A stretch of 64,000 nucleotides of DNA from contig NC_068985.1 of assembly GCF_001194135.2 (NCBI RefSeq), positions 21,204,266 through 21,268,265 on the forward strand, written 5' to 3'. The position numbers and the translations under genes are program-made. Positions 10,513-22,308 of the stretch are shown here, in pieces. Below the pieces are notes generated by a model. The model saw only the letters and a list, made by a program, of their open reading frames with translations. It was not told the DNA's origin and made no database searches. Position 1 is the first letter of the stretch. Each line of letters opens with the position of its first letter. The stretch is from Octopus bimaculoides. Lineage: Eukaryota.

Positions 10513-11959
10513 ACATTATTTCTCACCGAAATCGAGTTGGGTGTTATTAAACTATAAATTTGAACTACATCTAAACTACGCGTTTTAAAAATATTCCGGC
10601 AAAAATCAGAAAATAATTTAGCAAAATCCCAAAGAAACTTTTATCTCTTGCATGCTGTTATGCTAAAAGAGATATACATAAAATGCAAATAAATAATAAT
10701 TATTAATAAGAATTTTTCGGAAGCTGGTTATAAACTTACTGATTATTTTTTTTTTCTATAAGCTCTGTTGTAAGACAGTCCTGTCTGTGTGGCAAGAATT
10801 TTGTTTCTTAGCTATATGTTTCTGGATGTAGCACCATTGTATAACACCAAATGTCTCTCTCCTACCATTGCCTCATGTGTGTGTGTGGCTGTGTGTTTGT
10901 GCTTGTCCAAAACCTGAATGGGTGCTATGCAAAGAGATTTTCTTTTGAACAAGAGACAAGAAATTATATCTCACCTCCCCCATCTTTCTCTCTCCCACTA
11001 TACACACACACATACGCGCACATGCATGTGTGTATTTATACAATTCCCCACAAAATAAACATACATATACATTTTTTGATGCCCTTTTAAAGCCTGACCA
11101 GGCTCATGGGCCCAGTTTCCCAGTTTCTATGGCGTATGTGTGTGTCCCCCCCCCCCCAGCTGGACGGGATGCCAGTCCATCGCAGCGTTACTCAAGAAAC
11201 AGGAAGAAAGAGTGAGAGAAAGTTGGGGCGAAAGAGTACAACAGGGAATTGAAGCTGCGAGTCCGCTGCCCTAACCACTGGGCCATTGCGCCTCCACATA
11301 TGTAAGTGTACCCTTGCCATAACATCAGATGATGGTTGTAAACATCATCATCATACAAGTGATGCTAATTTCCAGTCTTCCATGAAAACATGCTTAGTCA
11401 TGGGGAAATATAACCTTGCTTACAAACAGGTGAGAGTTGCCAACAGGAAGGGCACCTGTCTCAACAAATTTCATCTGACCCATGCAACCATAGCAAAGTG
11501 CACATTAAATGATGATGCCTTTTTCAACAGTTGACCACTCTAACTCTTCTTTCTGCTAATACCACCACTCCAATTATTTGTGTATGCATGCATGTATGTC
11601 AATAGAGAATATATATATATATATATATATTCCCCTGTATACAAGCCCAGTTTTTCTCTCTTTTTTGTTTTCTTGAGTCATGAAAGATGATATGCAGTTG
11701 AAAGTAAATATGTGATAATGTAAACCAATACATGCAGACAGTTGCAAGAGTAGTTACAGCTCTGGTGTAAACTATAAGCAGCAGTAAAGTGATCAATTTC
11801 ATAGGCTACCATTCCTTCCTGATCAAGTCTGCTATACTTATGAAAGCAGGATGTCTTCAGATTTATCTTTTATGTTTTTCTTTAGATTATTCCAACTGTC
11901 ATTTCACAGCTATTGGAAGATTTTGGTTTAGTCTACACAAATAAAATGGTCAGACTATT

Positions 11960-12420
11960 GAAACTGTACTGGAACAATTTTCATTTTGATGCCAGTATAG
12001 CCAGTCCTAATCCAGCACATTTACATAATTGAATAAGTATTTAAATGCAGAGATGTTCGAACAGCTAGCTGAGCAAACAGTACATGAATAAAGCGACAAC
12101 TACAACACTGAATGCCTAGAATTTTATGGAAAGACAGCTCCCTCAAGGTTCATTTTCTAAGTACTTCTAATATTCTCATGGGTATGATGAATTTCCACAC
12201 ACAATCCAACTTACTAAGAATTTACAGTATGCTTCTATCGATGTCATATCCCTTCATCGGATAAATGAATACATATCCCACTGCAAAAATTATGTTTAAC
12301 AAAACATATTTTTCTAATCAATCTTTGGTTGGAAAAAGTTTGCAGCTTCTTATAAGAAAGCATTCATTCCATTATATATGATGAAGAATTACTAAGGGGA
12401 CAAAGTGGCTATTTTGTAAT
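11960..12420 (+). pseudogene. Highly decayed piggyBac-like transposase relic
   Basis: Scattered peptide pieces KYLNAEMFEQLAEQTV, ILMGMM and DEELLRGQSG occur in the order expected for LIxEQTNxY, ILMG and DExMxxFxGR. Many disruptions. Confidence 0.35.
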
Positions 12421-12554
12421 CACTGGAAATAATAAGTTTTGATGTAACATTTTTCTTTCTCTTTTACATCTTATATATATTTCAGCAAAGTTGACACCAA
12501 CTTCATACAAGCATGAAGGCACGCTGGCAAAATGCTGTTCTTCTAAATGAAAAC

Positions 12555-12735
12555 CTTACCTGTCGTCGTGGTTTTGTGGCATGAAGCAAAGCAGACCTTG
12601 TTGTCCACTCAAGAAAACACATAGTAAATGATCCACAAGCACTTGAGCAAACTGAGCCCTCAACTTGCTCCATTTACAAAAAGGTTAAACAAGACACAAG
12701 CAGGCCTCAAGAGGCACATGTGTGTTCATAGAACA
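12555..12735 (+). pseudogene. Two degenerate C2H2 zinc-finger relics (possibly LINE C-terminus)
   Basis: LTCRRGFVA*SKADLVVHSRKH and TCSIYKKV/KTQAGLKRHMCVH: finger-like spacing with a stop, a Cys loss and a frameshift. Confidence 0.4.
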
Positions 12736-12788
12736 TGATCACTGCTTTATTTTACTATTTATATTTGTTGTTCACAACAAGAGAAGCA

Positions 12789-12824
<36 letters not shown>

Positions 12825-12849
12825 TGCATACAGTTTGAGTTACAAATGA

Positions 12850-13667
12850 TGTGAAAAGCCCTGCCAAAATCATCTTATCTTTCCTCTTCCTCACAGCAGA
12901 GAAATATCTAAAAGGGCTATTCAGTAGACAAAATGGAAAATTTGTTGCCCTGGAGAACAGTGAGAGAGATGTGCTGGAACAGCTACTCCTGGGGTTCACA
13001 CTTAGAGATACCCTTCTCTACCCTGATAGTGGTATCTGAAATTGAAAGCGGCGACGAGGATGATTTTACACCAGAATGGAGAAAAGATTTTAAAAATATT
13101 TTTATTAACAATTTTTCTGAGGAGACAGAGTCTACCCATAGTCTTTCTCAGGAAGCAAAACCTTTAGACTTCTTTTTCATGCTTGTTTGAAATGATTACT
13201 GCGGAAACAAACCGTTACGCAGAACGTAAACAAGCTGGAAAAAAAGATAGCTTGTGGTTTCCTGCAACTGTAGATGAAATACGGGCATTTTTTGCCATAA
13301 ATATTATTATGGGTATTAGACAGTTACCCAGAATAACAAATTACTGGAGCAATCAGGAACCTTTTGGCGATGAATATGCTTCCAGTAATATGACTCGAGT
13401 ACGATTCATGAAGCTGAACCAATATTTACATGTGAGAGACTCTAGCAGTACCCCAGTACATGGAGAACTTTGAGACAAAAATTATGCAATAGAATTGATT
13501 AAGAACCCTTTCTTCAATTATGTTCCAAATATCACATTAATATGTTGATAAATAAAAAAAGCTACAGGTGTTTAATGAGACTAGTCTAAATTCATGATTA
13601 TTTTAGAATTTAATTGAAACTCATGAGGGGTGTATTTTGGTCAGAAATATAGTAACGAAAGGGTTAA
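12850..13667 (+). mobile_element. Internally deleted piggyBac (PGBD4-like) remnant with right terminus
   Basis: ORFs 12933-13190 and 13183-13473 give PLDFF / FEMITAETNRYA...TVDEIRAFFAINIIMGIRQLPRITNYWS...MTRVRFMKLNQYLHVRD (piggyBac N-terminal half). Ends agtaacgaaaGGG-TTAA (TTAA at 13664-13667). Confidence 0.85.
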
Positions 13668-13689
13668 TCAATTGCAGCACTCTGAATGA

Positions 13690-14280
13690 AGGAGTCCTCG
13701 AAATCACAACTGTTGGGTTTCACTACCAAAATGTGATCTCTCTTGGTAAAAGCACATCCTTAGCATGTCCATTGTTCTATGTTTGTGTGGGTTGATGACT
13801 ACAATTGAGGCATTTTTACATTCAATCATCTATTTATCAAGTAAGGGGTCTCTTATTTCACATAACAAGGATGTAAATCAAGCATCCCAATGATCAACCT
13901 TTCTCTTCGAAGCACTACTGATGCACACAGACATTCCAGCTTCTGGTTACCGGCACACTGTCTCCACTCTGTCTTTTCTATTGCAATTATAATGGCCTCT
14001 GTTCCTTAGAGATGGTTGAGCTCATGTTACCTGACTCAGACATTCCAGTCATACCTGTCTCTCCTATTTCCATCATCTTTGTTGTGTCCAACCATCCTGA
14101 CTCCATACTAACAACTATGCCCTGTCCTTCCTCTCCAGAAAGTTGACTCTCTTGAATTCTCTCTCCACTCATATTTCTCAAAGGTTCAAGGGAAGCATTA
14201 ATGGCATTGATCTCACTGGTCTAGGAAGTCTACAAATGCTATGAGCACTGACCCTACCTCCAGAACTAGCAAGTAAAAGC
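13690..14280 (-). mobile_element. Decayed non-LTR retrotransposon RT fragment (RTE/L2-like)
   Basis: Minus strand contains LIAFVDF followed by disrupted RT-like segments; multiple stops. Confidence 0.35.
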
Positions 14281-14397
14281 AAAAATTGCTTAACCCATTA
14301 ATGCATATAGTTTAGTTTACATTCTTTTTCAATAAAATTTTGTGTGCAGAATAGTTACCTTGCATTTAAATTTTCACTAATTATTAGTGAAAGAAGT

Positions 14398-14528
14398 AGT
14401 ATTAATACCAAAAGGCAATCTTTATATCCAACTTATTTTGTTAGGACACCAAATACTGTGGTATTTAGTGTTCTAACAATACATTCACATTTAGTTAGAT
14501 GAAAGAGTTGCCTTTTGGTATTAATACT
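14398..14528. repeat. 131-bp imperfect palindrome (hairpin/MITE-like)
   Basis: Outer arm agtattaataccaaaaggcaa pairs with ttgccttttggtattaatact; inner arm ttgttaggacaccaaatac pairs with gtatttagtgttctaacaa around a tgtg loop (14457-14460). Confidence 0.9.
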
Positions 14529-15008
14529 GCTTGTCATTAATTATTTTTTAACAAGCCTGCCAGCTACCTGCAACATCAGGTAAAGTCACTATAATTTGGT
14601 ATATCATTGGCAGTGAGACCTTCGCTGGTATGCATCAAGCGGACAGCTGTCAGTGAAGAGACACAGTACATTGAAATCACTTGATCTAGACAATTCCCAT
14701 CTGCCAACAATATACGTGTACCTTTATGTACCACACATTCATATAAGAGGACCTCTCAAGGTGAATCCTGCAGTATTCAGTCTCCTAACAAAACATCCAT
14801 CTATGTTCAACTGTATATAAAGACCACCTTTCAAATTTTCAATGTTTCAATACTGACAGAATTTTGGTTATAAAGTGTCTATTTAGGACACAATGCAGTC
14901 TGGATATAAAAAAAGACATTTCGAATAAAACAAATTTTATTTAAGACACATATTCAGTACAAAAAAAAAACATTTATTGATAAACATCTGTTTTAGTGCA
15001 TAACAAGT

Positions 15009-16912
15009 CTAGTATACTTTTTGACATTTGGGATGGAATCAACATCACACTTTGAAGGTGAAAATGTGGCTTTACAAGTGCAATACTACATCTTTGATTT
15101 CTGAGTGTAGCCTGTGAGTCAAGCCATCGTCATAAACTGAAAAGTTGTACTGCAGACTGAAATCTTCCTCCATAGGATGCAAAATCCGTATAGATCTTCA
15201 AAACTGCAACAGCTGAACACCATCAGAACTGGAAAAGAGGATTTGTATTGTTCTTTGATTTCTTTCAAAGTAACCAAGCAGTCATTACAATCACATCAAA
15301 AAAATAAATGAAGATTGGCTACCACCACCTTTTCCTCTCGTATGTCTTGCTATCCATTGAGCAAGTTGATCCACTTCCATCCCACGAAGGAGTTGTAATG
15401 GTTCATAGAAACTGGTTAAAGGAATTGTACACTAAGATTTTCCAGGGAAAATCGTTTTGTTCAGCCAATAATAGACAAATTACATTTTGTTGCTAAGGTG
15501 AGCACATTATTGCCATTATTTTATTGCAAATACAGTGGGTGTTGTAGAAATCTCAGTGCTTACTTTCATCTTCTTCAATGCTACCGTTTTTGGTAAAAGG
15601 GCAATTCCCAAATCTAATTTCTCATATATATAGTTCCTAATGCACAAATACCAATTTCCGATAAGTGGATGAAAAGATCATAGGATGTAAAATAATCATC
15701 AAAATATAGTTTATATCCAGATTTTTTGGCACATTTCCTTTATTGATCTAATTTACTAGTTTTTGATTTCAACACTTTTGTTGAACCCACTTGCTTTTCC
15801 TATATATATATATATATTCAATAACAGAACAGCCACTTTTCTAACCCAAATCTAATATGCTGCTTGGTAAAGTAACAAACAAAATTAGAAATCCTACATT
15901 CATTGAGAGAAATATGTTCATCCAAAGTCTTCAGCTCAAGAAACTTTTTCCTAAGTGATCTAAAATTGGTTATATACTGGATAAGCTGTTTGCATAATCC
16001 TTCAAATAAGTAAGATGCAGAATATCTTCAAAATGATTATATTGGATTACAATCCATCAACCTAAATGTCTTTCTCGGGTGACAAATAGATCCTTTTACT
16101 AGGACATTTAGAAAAAGTCCTCTAAACATCATCTATATTTTATTACCAGATGCATTCAAGGTGGTGTTTTTCTGATGAGCATAAAGGATAGTCTGATGAA
16201 GGATATTCTGGGAAAATGCTTTATCAAATATAAGTTTAAAAAACTTCCGCCTCTAATTCACTTAATATAATATGAAACATTCTGGCACTGGTTTCGAAAC
16301 AGTGTTATATACATTTATATCAAATACTGGTACAGTGTTTTTCTTCCATTTCAGGTTTTTATCTATTTTGTTGACTATTTGGGCGTACTTACAGTTTCTT
16401 CTTCATTCACATCGTTCGTTCCTTTTGGCACAAAATCACACTGAGTTTCTCGGCAGTTCACTTCTTCCTAAACAACTCACTGGATCAGCGGAATCATTAG
16501 AATCATCATCTGTTCGATTACCCTTTTCTACTTCGGGAATAAGGAGTGCAATGTCAAGTAGTGGAGTTTCTATCATCGCCTTCTTCTAGGATTTCCGAAA
16601 CCTGATGCATATTCAATCTGAAAAATAGAAAACAAAGTCATTCTGATCGTAATGTAAACATGTCTAAAGACCGGTTGTAGGGTCTGCAACTTATTACTCA
16701 ACCAACATAACTTCAGAGTCCTGATTCCAAGACATATAAATCATCATACCAAAAACCACCTATGGACTGAAAAACAAATATTTTTTTATGTTTGCGTATT
16801 TTTACACTTATTTGTAAACTCCCAAATGATTGTCAGTAAACAGTGAAGTTGAAAATTACTACAAAAACCCAGCTTACCTGTCTATGAAAACACTTGTTGA
16901 CTGTGACGCCAT
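15009..16912 (-). pseudogene. Decayed PGBD3-like piggyBac transposase with 5' coding mini-exon (16878-16912), 260-bp intron (16618-16877) and main exon (15009-16617)
   Basis: Minus-strand peptides: FFKLIFDKAFSQNILHQTILYAHQK; KKFLELKTLDEHISLNE; IRFGLEKW; GYKLYFDDYFTSYDLFIHLSEIGICALGTI; HYNSF..GVDQLAQW..RGKRWW*PIFI; KCDVD.HPKCQKVY*. Donor CAG/GTAAGC and acceptor tttgttttctatttttCAG join in frame to MASQSTSVFIDRLNMHQVSEILEEGDD. Many stops and frameshifts. Candidate far end TTAA-CCC at 14290-14296. Confidence 0.85.
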
Positions 16913-17049
16913 ATTGGAGGTAGCATGCAAAATAAAAGAGTTATTCATTAAATTCTATAGATAGAAAACAGTTTAAATGTTAACTGAAACAAAATATAGA
17001 TAATTACAACTTGTAATTATTTGGTACTTTATAATTTCGTGACGATCGT

Positions 17050-17248
17050 ATTTTCTAGTAAACAACGTATTTAATGAGCTAAGTTACTATTCCAAGAGAA
17101 ATCTCGCGTGGGTTTGCGAGAGAGAACGAGAGTGAGATCTTGTGATGGCTGTCGTTATTGATATAACGGCGGTAAGTTGAGCGAGTGTTGGGAGGGAAGG
17201 AAGCCACAATAAAGTGTGTGAGCGACTGAACCAATCCCTCGCACGCAA
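17050..17248 (+). promoter_or_regulatory. CpG-enriched promoter/5'UTR region
   Basis: Sharp local rise in CpG in an otherwise CpG-depleted window; TCTCGCG-like motif at ~17102, CCAAT at 17231; directly upstream of the only long clean ORF. Confidence 0.65.
17145..17171 (+). CDS. Candidate alternative short first coding exon (MAVVIDITA)
   Basis: gtgATGG start context, 9 codons, then a perfect donor GCG/GTAAGT at 17172 (phase 0). Confidence 0.4.
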
Positions 17249-18128
17249 ATGGACGATCAATTGAAACTGGTACACGGAGGCGTAGCCCAAACAAACACAA
17301 CAGACAGTCCCGGGGCTCCCACCACCAGTAGTCCCTTTCCGAAGGAGGATACCGATAGTACTACGAGCACCAGCAGTTGCGATTGTGGCAGTGGTGTTGT
17401 CACAAACGCAGCTGCAGTAGACACGGTACTGAGTGAAAATGGCAAAGATAGCGAGGCTAAAGTCTCGAGCTTTGATGTAACTAGCAACAACACGACATCG
17501 TGCATGTTAAGCAACACAGTCGCTAGTACATTGACAACAACAACAACAACAGGCTCACCATCAACATTCACTGCTTCAGATACAGCAGGGTCTGATTCCT
17601 CGTTAGACCACCGTCTATCCGAGTGTAACATAAATAAAAATGAAGATGGAAGTGACGACAATGTTCCCGATAAAAATCCCTTGTTGGAGGTAGGATTAAT
17701 GCAACCCATTATGGAATCTAATAAAGCTATAATGGAAAATACTACTTCAAATGAAATGGAAACGAGTAAGTCTGATAATGCAAATAATCATGTCAGTGTT
17801 AATCACCCTGGATCCCCCGATTCTGGTGATGTAGAACTAACTTCAGCTATGCAACAACAAGGAAAACATGAACATTCTAGAGAACAACAACCTGTCATTA
17901 AACCACTGTTGTCGTCAGATGGTCGTTCTACTTCACAGGTTGCCGAGCAGAACACCACTCAGAGTTGGAACAAAACATCTGAAGCAGGAATGGAGGAAAG
18001 CAACAATGTGGAGCGACAACTGTCGCGAACCACCTGTCCGCAGGCTGTACCTTTGGAGACGATACCTAAACCTGGTGATCACGAACAGTCAAGAATAACC
18101 CTCAACAAAAAACAAACAAACGTGCAAG
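17249..18128 (+). CDS. Probable first coding exon of an unidentified host gene; S/T/N/E-rich, likely disordered N-terminus (~293 aa)
   Basis: 888-nt stop-free ORF in very AT-rich DNA, CpG retained, not microsatellite- or TE-like. Donor CAAG/GTGGGT at 18129 (phase 1) just before the in-frame stop, followed by intron-like AT-rich DNA. No recognisable domain. Confidence 0.75.
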
Positions 18129-18270
18129 GTGGGTAGATTATAGCTGCATTACAATTTGTACTGTGAGATGTTTCAACCCTTATGTTTACGTCATCAACAT
18201 TATTCGTGCCTATTTTCCGTAGTTCAACCTAAGTTCTCCTTTCGTTACACCTTACATTATTATTCTCCTC

Positions 18271-18273
<3 letters not shown>

Positions 18274-18333
<60 letters not shown>
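18274..18333. repeat. (TA)n microsatellite
   Basis: Direct; other (TA)n runs at ~18996-19040, 22226-22306 and 49165-49290. Confidence 0.95.
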
Positions 18334-18334
<1 letters not shown>

Positions 18335-18993
18335 TTCAGTATATCTCCTTCGACACAGTTATTATTTGTCTATTCCTTTAACACATTTGATTTTCGAAAC
18401 TTGCCCTGATTAAAATTTTTTTTTTAAGTCATTAACATGTATTTATATTTTATTTCTTTGTTGCCTTCGTTTTACCTTTACTTTAATCGGCTTCATATTT
18501 CGATTTACTGTTCAAGTTGTTACTTAATGGACGACTTCTATCATATAATTAAACTTGATATATTCTAGGACCTCATCTTTGTTTATTCCATGCATAACTG
18601 TGCCCCCTTCCAACTCAATGCAACTATCTTGCTACGTACCTTTTACCACGTATGAATAAAAACAATAAAATACTTCTAGATGCAAAATTAAACCACGCTA
18701 GTTGCAAATTTTGCTGTAGGTTAAAGTTGTTTTTTTACCTAACAAAATAAGAATAAGAGATATCTCGATGTGTGAAGACGATAGTTTTTATTTGACACCA
18801 AATAAATGCTATCCATAGTTTTATTATTCTTTCTCATTAAACTTACATCGTGACTTAATACACTGTACTGTCATTATTTGGAGGCTTATGTTTAAAAAAA
18901 AAATACTATAGATGTGTAAATTATATACTTAAAGAGTTCTCTACTATAAAAGACTTTCTTTACAGTCTTCAATAACTGCGCAGGAAATCTTTC

Positions 18994-19043
<50 letters not shown>

Positions 19044-22000
19044 CATGGTGTATGTAATTTCAATTTTAATTCTCAATTCACTCAGCTTTTCTCTCAGTAA
19101 TTTTGCCGGAACTTTCTGAATGTTTATTTATCGTACCTTCTTCTGCTCGCCATATGGAATTTTCCGGTGAAAGTGTTTTTAAATTACTGTCGTATTTTGA
19201 AAATATGGTGGAATACCATGACTACCTTCGCTGCTTTGGTGCTTTCTTACAATAAGAACATAACTGTGCTACTGTGAACTTCAGTTTATTTTACATAGTT
19301 GTATCGTTCAATTTTATGTGGAATGTGGTTAAGTTTCGTTTAACAAAATTGTTGTATATATAAACAGCTTGATGCAATACTTGAAAGTTCAGCTGAAGTT
19401 CGCTGCCATCTTCACCGACAGACACTGTTTACACATCGTTGTAATTCGTGTAACATTTGTTCAAAACATCACAAGAAGCCCGAGCCGCGTCATTGTTTAT
19501 TTTAGTACTTCACTCACGCACTCTTGTTTAATATGAAATGAAAATGTGTCACAGCAAGTTGTCGTTTAACTTCAGCTTGATTCATTCAAAAATAATAATA
19601 ATAATAATAATAAAAGAAAGAAAAAAAAGTACTATGGCACGAGTCTTAACACCACTCAACCCCTGCCTAGCATAGTCTGGGTAAGGGATGGCCTGAAACT
19701 TTTTCAGTGGTTTATAGACTGTTTCCTCCCCCGTTAAATAGTGATGCAAGTGAACTAAAAGTTCATCCACGCCTCTGAAGTGTGCCGAGAAGTCGGTTGT
19801 TTTCAATATCTTTTTACTTAGTATCAGTTTCCGATTTACATATTACACATTCTCTTTGACATTTGCTAAATATGTGATTTTGAAGCTGTTAAAATATAAT
19901 TTCTAATCCAATTGTTTTAATTTGTTTCGTTAATCGGCTAGTCTTCGCACCCTCCCCCTTTAAATATCTCTTATATTCCAAAGATTTTTTGTTTGTTTGT
20001 TTTTTGTGCTGGGGGTACATTTCTTATGTGTTTTATTCAAACATTAAATACTTTATTGCTATTTAAAATGGCGAATTTTAACACCTGAAACTAAATTTTA
20101 TAAATTGCTTATATCATTAATAAAAACTTGTTTGTGGTAGTTTTTCTATTCGTTTTGTTTTTGTTTTTTGGAGGTGGGGGGAGTCTTTTTGTAAAATAGA
20201 AAATTCTTGGCATTACAATCTATAATTTAGTGTGAGTCATACTTAATGCACGTATCAAATTTGTATTCACTTATATATGTGATGGTAGAAATAGAATTAG
20301 ATGTATTAATTTTTATTATATATCCCCTTGGGGTATGGGGTAAATTCTAAGATAATCAGTTTTACAAGAATCTAAATGATACAAATTTTCCAACCTTTGA
20401 TTTTATTTCTAAAGTGACAACATATCTCCTTAGACTTCGTTCTACTGTATTCTTGTCCTTATTCTGAGCAATTAAGCAAAGTAGTTTTCATAAATCAATT
20501 TGAAAGATTGGAAAGAAATCTATTGAATGTTTGAAAAGAAGTTTATCATTGTAACTAACATGTTGGAAACGTTGGATAATAGTATACAGTAATATATATC
20601 ACACTGAAAAAGTATGTATTAAATGTTGATGTGTGTGTTTTTTATTTAGACAAGGTGTTTTTGTTACAACTATAAATAGATCAATCCGGGAGTAATTGAC
20701 AATTAAATGCACACCGTTGAGCAGACTTGTTTCTGAGTAGAGCATACCAGTTTCACTAATTACAATGAAAGTTTAATATCATATGTGTGTGTATAATTTT
20801 GTTTACTGGAGTATAGCCGTTCACAATGAGATATTCATTACTTATAGGTGATCACTGTCAGATATGGAAAATGGTGAACCCATAGATTGTTTTGTTTTGG
20901 GGGCTTTTTTTTTTTTTTATGTGTGTGTGAAATAACTGAAGATTAGATTTATTGATTTTCAGCTTTACATGTTAGAAGATTGACTGAAGAACGGACATTT
21001 CTGTGGATAAAAATTGAGGAATGAAAGGAATATTGAGAAATGTATTAGCACAGTTTCCTAAGTATGTTGGTGCTATATAAATAACAGCTGATTTGGAGCT
21101 GTACTGTTTTGGGAAAGTGCCACTAGTTGATAGTGAGAGAGAAGAGCTCATGGCGTGAGGCCATGTTATAAAGAAGACATGCACCAGAAAAAAATTTTAA
21201 TAACTTGTTTATGTATTTAAATTGCCTTTCATTATCTTTAACAGAAACTAAGGAAACTTGTTTAATTTTAAAATCAGCTGTATACAATATGTCACGAATT
21301 TTCAGATTGAGACAATTTTTTCTAATAATCAACACCCTTAGCAATTCAGATTTTAACTCTTTGCCCCATTTTCATTATTCTTTTTGTATAGAGCAACAGG
21401 AATTAATTACCATAACTTTAATGTGTTGTGTATTAGATTTGCATGTTTGTATTTTATGGATATGTGTATGTGTGTGAAATTAGCATCGTCTTCAAAAAAG
21501 GTGTGTCTCCTGTCTTAATTTACATCTTAAAACCATTGTTGCTTTTTTAAAAGATTATATATAAGGCAAACCTCTACTGCAGCACAAACAATATCAGAAT
21601 AATTTTGAGGAGGTGAAGGGCAGCTTACTAATAGTTAAAGACTTCTTGTTTCTAAATTACTGTTATTAACTCTTGAAATGTTAGGAAAATACCAATTAAG
21701 AGATTTTAATTATCACTACTTGGTTACTTCCCATCAAAAGCAATATAAAGAGTTTGATTATAATTTGACAACCATAATAGCATTAGCCTGGTCTATGAAT
21801 GTCTATCTCTGAATTATATTGGTGGTTGCTATAGTAACATTGTAATGCCAATAGGCAAATTTTTAATTTTCCAGACCTCTCATTTTGTAATTTTTTTAAT
21901 TTTTTTATCTATTGTTTAAATATGACTTCTGAGTACACAGTTTATTTTTAATTGGCAATAGTTCTCAATTTTAGCAAAAGTAAGTGGGACATAAACATTG

Positions 22001-22068
22001 AAATCAACCCTGGAGTTTTGTTATCTACCTCTAATGATGTATATATGTCAGTGATCTGTGTGTGTGTA

Positions 22069-22222
22069 TCATCATCATTTAACGTCCGCCTTCCATGCTA
22101 GCATGGGTTGGACGATTTGACTGAGGACTGGTGAACCAGAAGGCTGCACCAGGCTCCAATCTGATCTGGCAGAGTTTCTACAGCTGGATGCCCTTCCTAA
22201 TGCCAACCACTCTGAGAGTGTA

Positions 22223-22226
<4 letters not shown>
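22069..22226 (-). mobile_element. SINE family A young copy (3' block)
   Basis: catcatcatttaacgtccgccttccatgctagcatgggttggacgatttgactgaggactggtgaaccagaaggctgcaccaggctccaatctgatctggcagag...; near-identical to copies at ~9040-9205, 36790-36950 and 49000-49160. Confidence 0.9.

Positions 22227-22308
<82 letters not shown>

Noticed and set aside
16935-16960. aaagagtta as the 5' piggyBac TIR partner of TTAA-CCC at 14290
   Set aside because: Match to the reverse complement of the 14290 end is poor, so the element boundaries are left unresolved.
17257-17709. 150-aa antisense ORF, and ORF 17868-18098
   Set aside because: Shadow or alternate-frame ORFs of the 295-aa ORF; no independent signals.
20963-21180. 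Possible exon 2 after ttgattttcAG
   Set aside because: All three frames hit stops before a usable donor.
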